From assembly GCF_001447785.1 (NCBI RefSeq), contig NW_015160837.1:199415-263414 (forward strand): 64,000 nt of DNA, read 5' to 3'. Under the pieces are notes generated by a model. That model saw only the letters and a program-made list of their open reading frames with translations, did not search any database and had not been told where the DNA came from. Position numbers and translations under genes: made by a program. This DNA comes from Gekko japonicus. Lineage: Eukaryota. Positions 61,309 to 64,000 of this stretch are shown here, piece by piece; positions within the stretch are counted from its first letter, which is position 1; each line of letters starts with the position of its first letter.

Positions 61309-62028
61309 GTGCAGACAGGCAGCTTACACAGGGCTCCGCAACGGGATTTGTATGGTTGGGGGTGCTGGAAGGAGGTGGCGGCAGTCAAGCCTTTTATGAG
61401 ACGGGTTGATGTGTGTGGATGGTGGGCATCACGCCCCACTTCTGTATTTTTGTAAATTCGGTTGATCTAGAGTGTTGGGTTTGCTAATGCAGGTATACAC
61501 AATACTGGCCCGTATCCAGCGGCGTTCAAGAAATTTGGCCCTTAAGTTGTCTTCAGACAAGGGTGGCTGTTTCCTCCGATTCCCATGCCCCCCTAGACTC
61601 CTCTGCTGTCCTTGAGGTTCTGCTGCTCTCCTCTTAAGGAAAGCTTTAAGGGCACTTAAATTTTCCTAACTGTGTGTGGTTGGATACAGGCCGGCATGGT
61701 TCTCTCCATTCGACTACCAATCCACTGCAGAGCAATTTCTAGACTCGAGCGAAAGCATCTTTGTGATCACACTTGCTTTAAATTAAAAGAATGCTCCCCC
61801 CCCCCTTCAATCAATTTGTGAAATTATTGCTGAGTTGACTGTGAAAACAAATTGCCTGTGTTCAGGGAGATTCGGATTCGGCCCCTAACTTCCAGCGGCA
61901 GTGACACCACTGGAAAACACAGTTCATTGTAAGAAATTAAACGTGGACTTGAACAGGGAAAATTTGTTTTCCTGGCTTGGGTGGACTCGAACACTTCCTA
62001 AAGCTTTCCTTTTTTTCTTCTTCACAAG

Positions 62029-62032
62029 GTAA
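62029..62032 (+). CDS. PDS5A: PDS5A exon 33 coding part in the short isoform (G + TAA, protein ends QIDLQR*)
   Basis: Long pyrimidine tract then acaag|GTAA; completes AG+G = Arg then stop, as I recall for human PDS5A. Confidence 0.88.
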
Positions 62033-62121
62033 AAAGAAAATGTGCCCACAAGGGAAGGAAAGGAGGGCCCAATCCAGGCATGCCCCCAGCTTCTGCAAAA
62101 ACCAAGAAACTTCCTATATAG
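62029..62121 (+). CDS. PDS5A: PDS5A exon 33 alternative frame in the candidate long isoform
   Basis: Phase-0 reading gives VKRKCAHKGRKGGPNPGMPPASAKTKKLPI* (TAG 62119-62121); used only if 61158-61308 is included. Confidence 0.65.
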   Translation, partial: VKRKCAHKGRKGGPNPGMPPASAKTKKLPI

Positions 62122-62726
62122 GAACTGAGAATATTTCAACACTTGGCTTTCAGCTCTGAAGACAGAAGGAAAAACTCTGCAGGAACTCTTGAGAGAGAGG
62201 CTAAAAGCATCTGTACTTATTTCCCCTGAGACTTTTTTTATGAAAAGTCAATAATTAAGCAAATTGCTTAACACTTGATTCCAGTTCCTGCATAATCTGG
62301 AGTTTAAAAGTGTTTTTACTCCATTAATTTTCATGCTGCATTTTTTTTAAAAGAAAGTCAGAGGGAGGTCCTTACGAGAACATAAAAAATGCTCAGACCC
62401 AGAACCAGCTTTGGCCCATCTTTTTATGAGACGTAGAAGCCAACTGAATGAGGTTTTAAACGAAGACCCGAGGAAGATGCCTGAATTCTTGTTTGCTTTA
62501 CTTTTGGAGACTCTTATGTATAATTCTTTCAACCTGCCTACTTTCCAGCAAAAATAAGGTGTACAGATTTTGGTTCCTGCTACGAAAAGTCACATAGTGA
62601 CAATTTTTATACATGTTGCTTTCTGACTTTTACCAGAGTGGGAGAGCAATCACTTGATGATTGATTTGCAAGTAGACATTTCAGATTTTTTTTTTTAAAT
62701 CCCCGTTTTAGTTTAATATAATTTGC

Positions 62727-62732
62727 AATAAA
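62727..62732 (+). terminator. Polyadenylation signal, proximal
   Basis: AATAAA followed by GU/U-rich TTGTTGTTTGTTTT. Confidence 0.7.
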
Positions 62733-63143
62733 TGTACATATTGTTGTTTGTTTTATAAAAACATATATCACTTCTAAGTGGGTTTACTCCTGTGGTTCTG
62801 TTGGAATATTCTAAAATTTTAATGGAGTAAAGACAGCCCGGTATTTGATTTTATAATGTTTTGTCACCAGATTTTTATTATTGATGTAAAAAATCAATTT
62901 TTAAAAATAGTTGGACTTCGGCAGCTTTGTAAGGAACGTTTGGAAATGTTTAGGATTGCTCTCAATTTTAAGCATTTGTGCTGATTGAAAATAAGTCTGT
63001 TTCACGTCTTTGTCTTCCTATCCCAGCTCATTTTTAACGTTTCATTTAAAAGACCGTTGCATCGATATTAATTTTCCTGGCATTGTTTGGCATACTGTGT
63101 ACACTTTTATGTACACATTATCATATTTAAGTTTGTTGCATAA

Positions 63144-63149
63144 AATAAA
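63144..63149 (+). terminator. Polyadenylation signal, distal
   Basis: AATAAA preceded by TGTA motifs at the end of the conserved UTR block. Confidence 0.7.
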
Positions 63150-63198
63150 TGCTTCTAGGTGTCACGTGGTTATCATTTCGCTTACATCTCTGTAGAAT

Positions 63199-63335
63199 AG
63201 ATCCTGGTGGGGTAGTCGTGTTGGTCTGAAGCAACAGAGCAAAGTTTGAGTCCAGTCGTGGCCCCTTTAAGACCAACAAAGTTTTCTTCGGGGTATAAGC
63301 TTTCATGGGCAAACAACACTCCCTGAGACATTCCC
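63199..63335 (-). mobile_element. Penelope-derived terminal-repeat fragment
   Basis: GTAGTCGTGTTGGTCTGAAG..GAGTCCAGT..CCTTTAAGACCAACAAAGTTTT..GTATAAGCTTTC, related to 12820-12908 and 36330-36420. Confidence 0.7.
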
Positions 63336-64000
63336 TGTAGAATGTTTGTTTTGCCTCTCTCACAGCATTTTATATATGCAGGACCAGGGAAATCCCCCCG
63401 AATCTAAAAACTGATCTTGAGACCTAGGATGTTGGCACTTTCCCAGTCTCTTCACGAAGCATGAATTAAATTTAACGGTGAGTAGGAATTTTAAACATTT
63501 TCTGTCCAGGCTGGATCTTAAGGGCTGCAGGGCATTAGACTGTGTGAGCAGAGCACATTTATGTTGGCAAAAAGCACTATGCTTACACGTGCCTCACAAA
63601 GTCCATTTTCTCTTTTCTCTCACTGAGAACCTAAAGCGCTTGTTGGAGAACCTGATTGAGTTGGCCCACGATAATGGTTGACTGTAGATCACTCTGATCG
63701 ACATTTTATTCTTGGTCTCATAAAGCTTACTGAATCGAAGGCATGCTGGACTCTCTGGCAGAAGCCATCTCAGTTTGACCAGGTCATAAAAATAGGAGTT
63801 CAGAAAGATTAGGAGTGGAGTGACTTTATTTTGTGTGTTTTGCGCCTGGATGGGTATTTGGTGTCGAGTTCAGAATGTAACAGTCTTAAGAACCTCAGCT
63901 TTTGTTCAAAGACCTCCATTTTCCTTCCTTTTGGTGGATTAAAATGAGGGCTGTGTGGGCCTGGGTGTCTCACAGCTCACTTGTAGAGGAGGAGGAGATT

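Larger units (their letters stand above)
62033..63170 (+). other. PDS5A: PDS5A 3' UTR (conserved part)
   Basis: AU-rich and free of recognisable repeats; blocks such as GAAAAGTCAATAATTAAGCAAATTGCTTAACACTTG match my recollection of the mammalian PDS5A UTR. Confidence 0.85.

Noticed and set aside
20748-62028. U12-type (minor) introns explaining the weak acceptors
   Set aside because: No donor matches RTATCCTT; all are GT-AG U2-type.
1-64000. CRISPR array, operon or other prokaryotic system
   Set aside because: The sequence is a spliced vertebrate gene; no regularly spaced repeat-spacer structure or bacterial-type ORFs.

Overview
Vertebrate genomic DNA from a squamate reptile, probably a gecko (Sauria SINEs and Squam3-like SINEs). 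The window is almost entirely the + strand cohesin-regulator gene PDS5A. The first 20.5 kb are the distal part of intron 2; the first coding exon lies upstream of the window. I traced 31 coding exons by hand (exons 3-33 in human numbering). All are GT-AG with consistent phases, total 3876 nt = 1291 codons plus stop, and are followed by a 3' UTR with two AATAAA signals. Introns hold Penelope-like, L2, L1, Rex/Babar and RTE-X-like remnants, tRNA- and 5S-derived SINEs, and several hAT-type MITE families with 8-bp TSDs. The main finding is a candidate 151-nt in-frame cassette exon in the last intron (61158-61308). Including it shifts the terminal exon's frame so that G-TAA is read as Val-Lys, adding an 80-aa acidic-then-basic tail that resembles the C-terminus of the paralog PDS5B. 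Other notable items are a splice donor duplicated by a 31-bp retro-insertion, an intact AT-hook, an in-frame alternative donor, and a perfect 607-bp tandem duplication. Comparisons to human PDS5A/PDS5B and repeat-family names are from memory, not from a search.
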